Below, piece by piece: positions 25,041 to 37,419 of a stretch of DNA of 64,000 bases. The translations under genes were made by a program, and so were the position numbers. The notes beneath the pieces are model-generated. The model had not been told where the DNA came from. It searched no databases and worked only from the letters and a program-made list of their open reading frames with translations. Origin of the DNA: Squalus acanthias (Eukaryota). The stretch's first letter is position 1. Each line of letters begins with the position of its first letter. The stretch covers positions 59,708,001-59,772,000 of the forward strand of contig CM059432.1 of the NCBI GenBank assembly GCA_030390025.1, read 5' to 3'.

Positions 25041-26926
25041 ATGAGTGCTGCCACAGGCAAGAAGGCTGCTCCTAGATTCAATGACGACTTCCTGCAAGCT
25101 CTTGTAGAGGGAGTAAGAGAGCGCAGGGAGATTCTGTTCCCTGCCGATGGCCGCAGGAAGCCATCCTCAACAGACAAAGGCAGCCTGGTTGGAGATAGCT
25201 GAGGAGGTCAGCGCAAGGTCGCTGTGTGGACTCATCTGGCTCCAGTGCCGCAAACGCTTCAATGGTCTTGTCCGAACATCAAAAGTGAGTATCACATCAC
25301 ACTCACCTTCACTCTGCTTCCCTTCTCTTCTCATCACCAGCACTCTGCATTGTCAGCCTGTTCCTCCACATCCCACCTTACCCTTACTTCTCTTGCACCC
25401 TTACCTTTCCATCTCTCTCTCTATACTGAATCATTTCACCATCCTGCTATGCAGCCCTCACACTCGCTCTCACTGTTATGCAATGACAACAACTAACAAC
25501 GCACAGGGAGGCTCCTTCCTCTTGCCACCTCACTCCATCCTGGCCTCCCTCTAAGATTCTACCTTATACATTCTTCACACTCACTTGTGTCCCTCCTTGC
25601 AGGAAAGGATAGCCCACAATAAGAGGGAGAGAGCCAAGACAGGAGAAGGCACACCATCACTCGCCACATTAACTCATGCTGAGGAGGCTGCTCGCGACAT
25701 CATGGGAGGTGACGAGGAGCTGGAAGTGGGGGACGGAGAGACAGGCGCACTAGAGGAAGCTGGTGACAGAATGCATTTTCATCCCTGGCATTTACAATTC
25801 ATGATTGACTGCAATGGCATATGTTGCTCATAGAGATTGACTTCTGATCATCTGCACAATAGGATGTGTCTGCTACCTCCAAATCTGATGTCTAACTCAT
25901 GCCTTTACTCTCCCACATGACCATCGAGAGCCCCGCTGCCCACTAGGAAGAGCCAGATGAATCCTCAGAGGAACCTGGAGCCTCTGAGGGAGTAGCGTCA
26001 CCAGGACTCAGCGCACCCAGCACCAGCACAGATACGCACACCTCGGGGGGTCCTTCGCGACATACAGTGTGTTGTCACCTGGTGTATCACAGATCATAAG
26101 TGAGCATCAGCAGGTGCTGGAGACAGCGACAGCAGTGGACAGTCCTCGTCGGAGGTCGCAGGACTCTCCTAGCTCAGCTCAGCTGCATGTAGACGCTGTG
26201 CCTCTGGATCCATCCAGAAAGAGAGCGGTGCTGGTACTCCAGGAACAAGTGCAGGAGTCTCTGACAGGGTTTGCATCCAGGGTAACTCCGAGTGTGGAGA
26301 GAATGGAGGAGTCCATCTCTAACATGAGCACTGCCTTTGTGGAGGCAATGGCGCATGAACGTGCCGCCATTGAGAGGGTGGCAACCTCCTTGGAGGACAT
26401 AAGTCGCCACACTCAACAGAGCATGGTGACTCTTCTAAATAGATGGTCTGCTATGGAGGATAGATGGGCATCTATTGAGGAGAGACACCAGAGGTACATG
26501 GACGTCCCCGTTATGAGGACTGTCAGTACTGAGATGGGTCCTCATGGCCCCACTGAGGTGCAGCAGGTTGCTCTCCAGCCACTTGCTAGCAGTGAAGTGC
26601 AGGTGACCCATGAGAGGGATGTTGGTGGCAGACAACAAGGAAGTGTGGGCTCCTCTCTAAGAGCTCACACGACCATGCCACTGCGGAGCCCTCCGTCAGA
26701 GCCCCAGGTTCCACACGCAACTGAGATGGCCGACTCAGCCCCTGCACAACCGCAGGAAGAGCAGATTGTGGAGGAGCCCTCACAGGTTCTCAAACCCAGA
26801 GGACACCCGCCAAAGGCGTCTAAGCAGGAGCAGCACCAAAGTGAGCAAGGTGACTCTACATCTGCTGAAGCCACAGGGGAAGCACCACGTAGGAGCACGC
26901 GTAAGAGGAAGTTAAAGCACAAATAG
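25041..26926 (+). pseudogene. Harbinger Myb/SANT-like DNA-binding protein; exons ~25041-25284, 25603-25762, ~25920-26926
   Basis: APRFNDDFLQALVEGV...ILFP...KAAWLEIAEEV...WLQCRKRFN (frameshift near 25165); GTGAGT donor at 25285; TTGCAG acceptor at 25602; C-terminal basic PRRSTRKRKLK. Confidence 0.88.
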
Positions 26927-27249
26927 TCACAAGGGTAGTCACTTGGGTGTTTTATAGTGTTGTTAAATATTGAGTGTCATCTTTTTGTGATGTAATTAAA
27001 CAAAGAGTTGAGGTTCTGGCCTATGTGCTCTGGGAAATGGAAGTTCAAGAGTGAGCGCTCAGGGCTAATTCCATTTATAATGATGGTGGTGAGAGTGAGC
27101 GGAAACCACCGTTTATTGGACAGATGATGCATGAGGTTTTGAGAATGTCAGCCTTATATTCATCTCCATCTGCCAGCCACCTGTATTTGAAGCGTAAGCT
27201 TACGTAAATCTGGCATGGATGAGTGCTTCCCTTGCCAGATGGCCAGCAA

Positions 27250-28462
27250 TGTGGTCGCATGCAGCTGCATTGGGCACATCCGGCCCCCGCAACGCGTGGT
27301 TCCCCATCCTCCTCCTCATCCTCCTCCTCATGCTCCTCCTCATCCTCCTCCTCGTCCTCTTCTTCCGAGGAGTGTGTGTGCTGAGCCACTTGTTCATCTG
27401 GCAGCACTAAGCCGCACTGCTGTGCGATGTTGTGCATGGCACAGCAGACCACAATGATTCTGGACACCCTGGCTGGTGCATACTGCAGGGCTCCACCAGA
27501 TCTGTCCATCGGAAGCGCATTTTGAGCAAGCCGATGGTTTGCTTGATGATGCTTCTGGTGGATAAGTGACTCAGATTGTAGTGCTCCTCAGCCTCGTTTG
27601 TTGGCCTCCTCATCGCTGTCATAAGCCACTTTTTCAGGGGATAGCCCTTGTCGCCAAGTAACCATCCGGAAAGTTGGGTTGGCGGATGGAAGAGCTGAGG
27701 CACAGTAGATTGGCGCAGGATGAAGGAGTCATGGCAACTGCCAGGTTACTTTGCGCAAACATGCATGATGATCTTCCTGTGGTTACACACCAGCTGGACG
27801 TTCAGGGAGTGGAATCCCTTGCAGTTAACAAATACAGCTGGGTTGTGATAGGGGGCCCTAATGGCTACATGTGTGCAGTCTATAATGCCCTGCACCATTG
27901 GCAAGCCTGCCATATTGGCAAAGCCAACTGCACGCGCGGTCACACTTGGGCCATCCGTGGAGAAGTGGGTATAATTGTGCGCCTTTGCAAAGAGGGCATT
28001 GGTGACCTGCGTGATGCAGGTGTGTGTGGCCGACTGGGATATGCTGCTGATGTCTGCAGCTGATCCCTGGAAGGAGCCCAAAGCAAAGAAGTTGAGTGCG
28101 GTGGTGACTTTGACAGCCACTGGTAAGGAGTGTCCACACGCTCCCCTGGGCTCCAGGTATTGGTGCAGCATTGCGCAGATGTCAGCGACTACGTCTCTCG
28201 AAAGTCTCAGCCTCCTTTGGCACTGCTGCTCAGTCATGCTGAGGAAGCTGATCCTCTGCCCGTAAGCCCTGTGTTCGGGGTATCTACTGTGGCGAGTTGC
28301 AGCCCTGCGCTGACGCCCTCTGCCCTGTGCAGCATCAGGTGGGTGTGGAGGAGGTTGATGTTCCTAGTGCTGGAGCTGCTGTTGTGGCTGGTTGTGGTGC
28401 TGCTGCGGCTGCTCTTCCTCCGAATCTGACGACCAGGATGAGAGGATATAAATGGTTCCCAT
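27250..28462 (-). pseudogene. Harbinger DDE transposase (HARBI1-like), with stops and frameshifts
   Basis: [52 protein letters not shown], acidic tail. Confidence 0.92.
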
Positions 28463-29660
28463 ACCGTTGCTATAGATTTCAGTTGAGGCAAGAAGCTTGC
28501 AAGCGCACAGTCAAAGTGGCCTGAGATTATTCCAATCAGGTCACACTGCAGATGGCTGTCAGCTTGACCAGTCACAAGGTCAGTAGAGTTGCAAAATCTT
28601 ATCCCAAGCTTCCAACAACAAAGTTGTGGCATTTGAATGTCAGCCATGTTGCAGGAGCACTTTTAAGCGGCTGCAGCAATTGACAACAAATCATGTCCTC
28701 GAGAAACCCGACTCATTGCAGCTGGCGTGTTTCTCAGACGACGGGAAACAGGAGCCAAAAGCACCAAAATCGGAATCGCATTTTAAAATAGGATTAGCAA
28801 GTCACTTAACAGGCTATTAACTGCCTTAACTGCCTGTCCTGCCGTTTGGTGTCGGGTCAGTTCGGGAGCGGCTGACCCGACACTTACGAAATTAGCGTGG
28901 GGGCAGGTTGGAGGCGGGTTTGCAGCCAACCGGCAATTTTTCCGATTTTCGCTGCCGACCCGCCTCAAACCTGCACTCTGAAGTCCATTAAAATGAAGCC
29001 TCTGGAGTGCACCTGGTGCCTGTGGCAACACACTCCGGCAATGAGGCAACAACGTCAACATTTCTTGGGTTGTAATTCCGGCGGTTATGCTGGGATTGTG
29101 CCTGAAGGTGTCTTCCAGCGCTAACCCCATCAGACTTTGTAGGGTCAGTGGGAGGACATCTCCTTTACTTGAGAGAGACAGGCACAAGCACCATTTTACG
29201 AGCATCTCCAGTGTCTCACTGTCCGTGTTGACCAGAAAGGGGTGTTACCTAGGCCCCCACCCCACAATCCCAGCCATACACCCATCGGCCCCTAAGCAAG
29301 GGGGACGATCCACAATTTTTTTTTAAATCCTTGTGTTCGGGGGTCAAATCTCCTTGTCTGGTATGATCAGACTGGTGGAGCTCACATCAGCCCTTGTGGA
29401 AGCGATGCGCCTCTGCTTACTCAATGTACAGGCCTCCACTGATATGGTGGGTCCCACTGGAGCCTGAGGAGAGGGAACTCCCGACTCTACCCCCAGCCGT
29501 CATTTGTCTTGTAAGGGACTTACAAGTCAACCAGGAAATTCCCAGAAATAGCAGAGACCTGGCGCATGCCCTGAGGAATTTTGGGCCCAACATCTATAGG
29601 AGAAAGGGAATGAAAAAAAAGTGACCACTTGGGCGTTTTACCAAGTTATATAAATCACAC

Positions 29661-29762
29661 CTTTCTTACTATTTCTTCTCCTAGGGCTGCAAATGCTTTC
29701 TCGATGTTCATGTCCTCTTTTGCACTGGTCTCAAAGAATTGCATCCCATGTTCCTGGGCAAG
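29661..29762 (-). CDS. RAB10-like GTPase exon 5 ([34 protein letters not shown])
   Basis: G5 motif ETSAK; acceptor TTTTAAG, donor GTGTGA; 102 bp, phase 0-0. Confidence 0.95.
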
Positions 29763-29942
29763 CTTAAAATACAAAACACCATATTTCAGAACATATCCTT
29801 GCTTTTCTTTGTCCATAATAGATTTTATATTTCTAAATTATCCAATCATTAAACTGTTCAGAACTGAAAGGCTATTCTCATACAGGTTACAACACATTTT
29901 AAAATCTCTAAATTGTAATTAAGTTTGAATATTAAAACGTAC

Positions 29943-30032
29943 CCTTTTCCCATTGTCCCATGAAACCTGCCGTGCCACTAGCATGTCACATTTATTACCA
30001 ATCAATATTCGGCCAACATCGTTCCCTGCATG
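29943..30032 (-). CDS. RAB10-like GTPase exon 4 (HAGNDVGRILIGNKCDMLVARQVSWDNGKR)
   Basis: G4 motif NKCD; acceptor TTTCAG, donor GTACGT; 90 bp. Confidence 0.95.
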
Positions 30033-30770
30033 CTGAAATTAAAATTATATCCATCTTTATACATTCACTAAACATTGCATGCATTTGCTGTACATCTTAA
30101 CAGTGTGCATCATTAGTTTGAAAATCAGAACCATTTTCTCACCGTTACTGCTTTAATAGCGTAACCATTTCATGAGGCTAAACACTCTTTCCTTCCCATA
30201 CTGGATTAATTATGCAGATTTAGAATGCTACCTGCTGGATATGCTCATATGACACTGAAATAAACTGTTTAGTGTGCTTACACAGTGCTCTTAATCTTCT
30301 GTCTATTAAAATGAATGGAAACAAAATTGTGGGTTGTGTGCCTGAGATTTCCTGAGATGTGCTCTTTCTGAGTGCAGCTCCCACCTGGGATCACTAGATT
30401 GTGCAATTATCTCTCAAGTATCCGTGCGCATTAAGAAATCATCGACTCTTAGATGGTGCAGTTGCACATTACACCGAAGCACTTACATACTGTATTATGA
30501 AGTGATGGGACAGATGATCAGTTCTTTCATTGAATTCAGTCCTTTGTCATGGCTACATTGCTGTACAGAGGTGCGGAATGTCCCCACCCATAGGATTTAG
30601 GCTGCCGTCACACCTTTGAGCAAACATCTCAAAAGCTGCAGGAGCAACAGCCTGGGGACAAGCTGCTCTCCATCATAGATAGAAGCAGTGTATCCTAGAA
30701 AGGTAGGAACAACAGAGAAAAATGTAAAAGTAAAAGAAAAAGGGGACAGTAACATACTAAAAAAACTCAC

Positions 30771-30909
30771 CTCATCAGTGTCTTTAATCCAATATGTGAT
30801 ATTAATGAAGGTCTTTAAATTTGTAATGTCATAGACAAGCATAAGACCATTTGACCCACGAAAATAATGAGTTGTAAGGGCGTGGAAACGTTCCTGGCCA
30901 GCTGTATCC
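30771..30909 (-). CDS. RAB10-like GTPase exon 3 ([47 protein letters not shown])
   Basis: G3 motif DTAGQE; acceptor TTGACAG, donor GTGAGT; 139 bp. Confidence 0.96.
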
Positions 30910-31902
30910 CTGTCAATAGATAAGCCAGAAGTTGCATCATCCACTTTTTACACAAATCCAGAGGGGAAAGAGAAGATATTTGGCCCTGATTTTAACTCTC
31001 CCCGCCTGGCGGAAACCAGATGGGGGGGTGGGGGGGGGGAGTTAAAATGGAATGGGGGACTTACCCACTCCTTTCCCTCCCCGATCTGACCGACTACAAT
31101 TTTAAATTTCAGGCAGCAAGGACACCCACCCAAGCTGGCGGGGTCCCCTTTAAATATGCAAATCAGGTTCCGATCACTTCAGCAGGGCACAATCTGCTAC
31201 TATAACCAGAGGCCTGAGCGGGGCAGCTTGATGGCTCCCCCGCCTAGCCAAAACTGCCAGGAGAACATAAGTACATAAGAAATAGGAGGTCATACGGCCC
31301 CTTGAGCCTGCTCCACCATTCAATAAGATCATGGCTAATCTACTACCTCAACTCCACTTTCCTGACCAATCCCCATATCCCTGGGAGCTGGATTGAGGGC
31401 CAGAAGAGGCCCAGTAAGGTGAATTTTTTTTAAAGTTTCCTTGTGGGCCATTTTGAACAGAAATACATAAACCGCCAGAGTCAGAGGAATGAAGTGCATG
31501 CTGGGCTGATATAGGGCAGGAGAAAATTACAGAGATAGGGTAGGGAAAAGTCACGGAGGGATTTAAAGATGAGGATATTAAATTTAATGTGTTGATGGAT
31601 GGGGAGCCAATGGAGATCAGCGAGGACAGAAGTGATGAATGAGGAGTACATAGTACAGGACAGGATGTGTGCAGCAGAGTCTTGCATAATTTGTACTTTA
31701 TTGAGGATTGAAAAATTGCGGTCAGACTCTCCGCTATCTCCATTCTGACTCATTTCAACAGTCTAGGGTGCATGCAATCATGGGCCAGTGACTTATTCAC
31801 CTTGAGTTCTGCTAATCTTTTTCAGCACCAATTCCTTTTCTAGTTATTTCTAACAATTATTCCACATCCTCCTCCAATATACCTACATTCTCACTTGAAC
31901 CA

Positions 31903-32688
31903 TCATTTGGGGAGGGCTAACAAGGCAAGGGAATACACTATAAATGGTAGGACACTGAGAAGTGCAGAAGATCAGAGGGACCTTGGAGTGCATGTCCACA
32001 GATCCCTGAAGGTAGCAGGACAGGTATATAAGGTGGTTAAGAAGGCATACGGGATACTTGCCTTTATTAGCTGAGGCATAGAATATAAGAGCAGGGAGGT
32101 TATGCTTGAACTGTATAAAACACTAGTTAGGCCACAGCTAGAATACTGCATGCAGTTCTGGTCACCACATTACAGGAAGGATGTGATTGCACTAGAGGGG
32201 GTGCAGAGGAGATTTACGAGGATGTTGCCTGGGCTGGGGAATTTTAGCTATGAGGAAAGATTGGATAGGCTGGGGTTGTTTTCTTTGGAACAGAGGAGGC
32301 TGAGGGGAGACCTAATTGAGGTGTATAAAATTATGAGGGGCCTAGATAGAGTGGATAGGAAACACCTATTTCCCTTGGCAGAAGGGTCAATAACCAGGGG
32401 GCATAGATTTAAAGTAATTGGTCGGAGGTTTAGAGGGGATTTGAGGAGAAACATTTTCACCCAGAGGGTGGTGGGGGTCTGGAACTCACTGCCTGAAAGG
32501 GTGGTAGAGGCAGAGACCCTCATCACATTTAAAAAGTACTTGGATATGCACTTGAAGTGCCATAACCTACAAGGCTACGGACCAAGTGTTGGAAAGTGGG
32601 ATTAGGGTGGATAGCTCTTTGTCGGCCGGCACGGACAAGATGGGCCGAATGGCCTCCTTCTGTGCTGTAAATTTCTATGATTCTATGA
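31903..32688 (+). mobile_element. CR1 LINE 3' fragment
   Basis: ORF 32102-32605 LYKTLVRPQLEYC...GYGPSVGKWD; (TTCTATGA)n tail. Confidence 0.92.
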
Positions 32689-32689
32689 T

Positions 32690-33088
32690 GATTTGGTGGG
32701 AGCAGGAAGTTGCAACGGGACATAGGCAGATTAAGTGAGTGGGCAAAACTATAGCAAATGATGTTCAGTGTGGGCGTGAGGTCATACACTTCAGACTCGA
32801 AAGATAAATCAAAGTATTTTCTAAATGGTGTGAAACTAGGGACTGTAGAGGAGCAAAGAGATTTGGGAGTCCAAGTACACAAATCAATAAAAGCCAGTAG
32901 ACAGGTACAAAAAGCAATCAAAAAGGCTAATGGAATGTTGGCTTTTATCACAAGGGGCTGGAATACAAAGGGGAGGAAGTTATGCTTCAGTTGTATAGAG
33001 CTTTGGTCAGACCCCATCTAGAGTACTACATCCAGTTTTAGCCATCACAGCTCAGGAAGGATATATTGGCATTGGAGGGGGTGCAGCC
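32690..33088 (+). mobile_element. Older CR1 RT fragment
   Basis: EEQRDLGVQVHKSIK...KKANGML. Confidence 0.75.
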
Positions 33089-33546
33089 TTGTTGAATACA
33101 GCATAGGTCCAATTTCAGACTAGCCTCATAGTTATGTGTGTGTGTTCTGGAATGGCTCAATCACAGAAAAACAGGAAACTAGCTGGTTACCTGCTTGCTG
33201 CTTAGTAATGCCTCCCTATTGATGTCACTGGAGTGGACAGCCAGCATGGACAGCTAACTTGGCAGATCACAGTGGGGATGAGAAATTTAATTTTTTTGTA
33301 ACATCAGTTAATACTTTTCTAGATACTTTTTTCAGTATAAAATGAGGAATACTTTGAACAACTCCAGGATTTTCCTTTCCCATTAAGTAAACAAGAGCAG
33401 ACATGAAGAATGGTCATGGGGTGTTGCCATAACCTGTGAAACCACAGTCTTGCACAAGTCAATTGCTGATTTTAGGAGAGATGGGGTAATGGGAGAAAAC
33501 TGGATGTAAAATTAAATCATTGAATTTATATTCAAACTGATCGTAC

Positions 33547-33610
33547 CATATTTGCAGCTTAATTGTGCTGTTCTCTTTTATCTTGATAGTTTTTACCCTG
33601 AAATCGATTC
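33547..33610 (-). CDS. RAB10-like GTPase exon 2 (gIDFRVKTIKIKENSTIKLQIw)
   Basis: RabF1 IGIDF and RabF2 KLQIW; acceptor TTTTCTTTTAG, donor GTACGA; 64 bp, phase 1-2 joins exons 1 and 3 in frame; too short for the ORF track. Confidence 0.94.
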
Positions 33611-34204
33611 CTAAAAGAAAAAAGTCAAACTAAAATAAATTGATTCAATGCGACATCCTCAAAGTTCCACTAACTATATACAGCAGGGTCGGGTTCAACT
33701 CGATCCGTCCAGCATAAACGGAGAGGTAACAGCCTGAAAATGGCATCGGGACACTTGTCGCCCTGTTTACGCTGATGCCCTATCTGCCAGCATCTTGCGT
33801 AGGTTCGTGAGACAAGCGATCAAAGAGCCTGTCTGTTTTAGGCAGGAGGCCACTTTTGATATAAAAATCGGGGTCCCATGACGTACGTAGGACCCTGATT
33901 GCAATTTTGAGGTACAAATTGGCCGAGTGTGCGCCACACACACTGCACCCATTTGTACCAGATTTTGACCGACTTAACGAGTGGTCCCTTAAAGGTACAC
34001 TGGAGGATGCTCAGAAAAGCACCCCAGTAAACGTTTAATTTTGGTGGGGCCAGGTTCCCTATGCTGGCGCATTCAAAGTCCCCAACCCAGAATCACCCCC
34101 TTCCACCCTAGGAGCACTTTCCCCGCCAAGGTCCACCAGTCCATGACAAGATTCTCTTATGAGTGGCCTCCAAAGTGGTGGTGGATGAAGCAGTGGGGCC
34201 CATA

Positions 34205-34585
34205 TTGTACTGAGGGAGTGCTGCAATGTCGGAGGTGCCGTCTTTTGGATGAGATGTTAAACTGTGGTCCCGTCTGCTCTCCCAGGTGGACATAAGAGAT
34301 CCCATGGCACTATTTCGAAGAATAGCAGGGGAGTTAGCCCTGGTGTCCTGGCCAATATTTATCCTACAATCAACATCACTAAAAAAAAATTATCTGGTCA
34401 TTATCACATTGCTGTTTGCAATTTGGCTACAGCGTTTCCTACAGAACATCCCAAAGCGCTTTACAGCCAATGAAGTACTTTTGAAGTGTAGTCACTACAC
34501 TTCAAAAGTACTTCATTGGCTGTAAAGCGCTTTAGAATGTTCTGAGGTTGTGGATGGCGCTATATAAATGCAAGTCTTTCTTGCT
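34205..34585 (+). mobile_element. Deu-SINE-like SINE containing an internal inverted duplication
   Basis: Ends GGCGCTATATAAATGCAAGTCTTTCTT; reverse-complement copies at 8127-9090 and 37070-37412; family name from recall. Confidence 0.7.
34442..34544. repeat. Near-perfect palindrome (40-bp perfect arms, 1-nt spacer)
   Basis: 34453-34492 is the exact reverse complement of 34494-34533; extends 11 bp further each side with 2 mismatches. Confidence 0.95.
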
Positions 34586-35244
34586 TTCATATTGCATAAG
34601 GTCCATGCAGAAGATTTCCTACCAGAGACATCTTGCTTGTGGGCCAGATCAAAGTTGAACTGGTGCTGGAGAAGTGACTAGGGTTGCCACTTGTGCAATT
34701 GTTCACCAGCCAGGAAGATACTTTTTGGACAGAGTATGATAAACAGCTGGAATGGTTGCCAAGGAAGAGTAACTGAGGCCAAGACACTAGACTCATTTAA
34801 GAAACAACTAAATACTATAATAGGAAGACAATTAAGTTGGTATTCTGAAAAGTAGGAATTTATCGGCTGAAGTATCTTTTCCACCTGAATCTATCTTGAG
34901 ATTCAATGTGAATGCTGTCTCTGCAGAGCTCCATATAAATGAAGAGTATTGTTATTTTGTCCCTTTTGTCCTGTCATGTGCACCATCAATTCATTAAATG
35001 CATTAACAACAGCAAATGGTATTGGAGGATTTCTAGTGATTTTTGCCACAATGCTCAGCAGTGCTGTGTCTGCCTTTCATGTTGTGCATGAGCAGCATAC
35101 CAGTGAATTGCTAGATGCTGAAGGCAAATTTTAATCATGTGATAGGCAATTTATACGATTATAAGTTAGACTAGGGTTGTAATTGCATCAGCTGAGAGGA
35201 AGAATCCTGAATAGACAAAATTCAGTCCATCCATCCCACTGAAT

Positions 35245-35415
35245 AAATGTAGAAAAAGCTGGAAATATGTAGGGTTAGTCAGCAAGAGGGAGAGAGACAG
35301 GTTAGCATTTCATGTGGAAGCTTTCATTGATAAAAGGTTCTATCTACAATGTTAGCCTTTCTCTTTCAGATGCTGACCAGCTGTGTATTTCCATCATTTT
35401 CTGTTTTTATTTCAA
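35245..35415. mobile_element. Old, degraded inverted Penelope-like terminal fragment
   Basis: Right part CAGATGCTGACC...TATTTCCATCATTTTCTGTTTTTATT resembles 58001-58049; left part is its decayed reverse complement. Confidence 0.5.
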
Positions 35416-36911
35416 ATGTCCAACTTGCATATTTTTTCTTTTTTGTCCCAGGGAATAAATATGACAGAGAAGGGTTAGTTTAGATAAATTGATATTGTCA
35501 TATTGCAGTAAGGTATAGCCCAGGTCTCACTGCTGTGTAACATAACCTTGTCTGGAACTATACAGACGCCTATAGCAGTTGTGCCACACCCCAACTTACA
35601 CACTTCAAAAGATTACAAAATAATTATGGATGAGGAAAGCCACTCAGCCCATTTTAGTTTATTGATGCAGAAAGAGCCTGCAATGTGGCATCCAATTATT
35701 TCTTAATTAGCTCCACGATTTCCATCTTATGCTACATATTTGAGTCAAGCCTGAATCTTAAAAAGTGCACTGAAATGGCCTCTGTATCCAATTTAACCCA
35801 GGAACATCAAGCCTTTCTTAAAAACAATCCAAAATACATTAAATTCAACGTGAATCAGACAGTGAATGAGAAATGAGGCTATAAAATTCTCTGGTCTCAT
35901 GTACGCAATTTGTCTTCTGCTGCCACAAATACCCGTTGCACACAGCTCGTAAGGCTGATGTCTGCCTATTAATAAGTATCGCATGTGTCCACACAAAGGG
36001 GGTAATTTTAAACCTGCCATGATGGGCCAGTGAGGGTCGAGAGTGTGTGTTCATGAACAAGTGATAATCAACACTTCAGAATTCGAAAAAATGGGAAATC
36101 CGACCCCAACTCACCGCGACACGCCTACTTCTGGTTTAACCGGGGCAGGTTTGGGGTCGGACGAGTAACTCGTTATGCAGAGGCGAGTCAGTAATTATAA
36201 TATTTAAATGAAGCTGTGTGCTTCAGATTTTGTCAGCAATTTAGAGTTTACAACTCCGGGCTGGGTTTCCCAGGGCTCGGTAAATCCGGCAGCTAAAAGG
36301 AGGCAGGAGCTACCGGCTGTAGCAGGCAAGTTATTTTCCAGCACTGCTTGTGGGCCAGGAGGAGCAGGAGTTCTTCCCCTGGCTTCTCAAGCAAACCTGC
36401 CATGACCTGTCTCCCTCTCCGCGATCTCCAGACCCCCACCGCCGCGATCTCTCTTCCCACCCCACGATCCGAGCTCACCCTGCATCGATCCCCGATCTTC
36501 TCAATTGCCGGAGACCAACCCCAGCAGGTCTCTGGCTGCTGCCTTGTAGCATAGGCTTTCGCACCTGATGGCCAGCCAGCCTTCAATCTGGCCGGCTGTC
36601 GGGCGGCAAATGGAGTAAAAAAATTCTAATGAGGTCCTGCCATTAAATTCGGTAGGACCTTCGCGTTCCCACATTTCCAGGTTTCCCGGCTGTTGGCAGA
36701 TGCCCCCGCCTCCCCGTAAATATAGGTGGGCAAAGTTTGAAAGAAAATTAAACTCCAACAAACTTAAAAAACAGAAATTCAGGAAATGATCTGTACTAAG
36801 AATGCTTGATGAGAATGGAAGCCTTGATTCCTGTCACATGTATTGTTCCTATGAGATTAAATTTAGATCCATATGAAATCTCTTTTGTTTAGAGCAAAAT
36901 GTAAATCCATT

Positions 36912-36974
36912 GGGGGTAATTTTGACTTTGTGTGATAGCATTTTACACTATCGCACAAAGTCAAAATGACCCTC
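36912..36974. mobile_element. 63-bp TIR-only mini-MITE (Harbinger-type)
   Basis: 27-bp arms GGGGGTAATTTTGACTTTGTGTGATAG / CTATCGCACAAAGTCAAAATGACCCTC, 9-nt spacer, 3-bp TSD ATT. Confidence 0.8.
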
Positions 36975-37069
36975 ATTGGGTTTTGGCTCTTTTTCATTAC
37001 TGCTGTTGCATCTCAGTCTTTTGCAGTCTCCCCAGAAATCAGTATGATGGCCTAAATTTGGAATTGAAG

Positions 37070-37412
37070 AAAGAACTTGCACTTTTAAAGCGCCTTTCAT
37101 GACCTCAGGACATCCCAAAGAGCTTCAAAGCTGATGGAGTACATTTACAGTGGAGAAACTGTTATAATGTAGGGAAACGCAGTAGCCAATTTGTGCACAG
37201 CAAGATTCCACAAACAGTAATATGATAAATGACCAAGTAATCTATTTTAGTGATGTTTCAGGAATACCAGGAGAATTTCCCCATTCTTCTTTTGAATTGT
37301 GCCATAAAATCTTTTATGTCCGCCTGAAAGGGCAGATCGGACCTCATTTTAACAACTCATTCAAAAGATGGCACCTTCGACAGTGCAGTACTCCGTCTGT
37401 CCATCAGTCCTA
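37070..37412 (-). mobile_element. Deu-SINE-like SINE
   Basis: Reverse complement of 34205-34585 (AAGAACTTGCAC...AAAGATGGCACCTTCGACAGTGCAG). Confidence 0.7.
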
Positions 37413-37419
37413 GATTCCT

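Larger units (their letters stand above)
24762..29001. mobile_element. Nearly complete autonomous-type PIF/Harbinger transposon (4240 bp), both genes disabled
   Basis: TIRs GGGCTCGATTTTAATGGA / TCCATTAAAATGAAGCCT; 3-bp TSD CTG (24759-61, 29002-04); convergent Myb-like and transposase genes. Confidence 0.92.

Noticed and set aside
26069..26926. 285-aa ORF as an independent host gene
   Set aside because: It is exon 3 of the transposon Myb-like gene; exon 1 is frameshifted
30597..30944. ORF-track boundaries of the 115-aa ORF as one CDS
   Set aside because: Only 30771-30909 is Rab-like and bounded by splice sites; the rest is intron read-through
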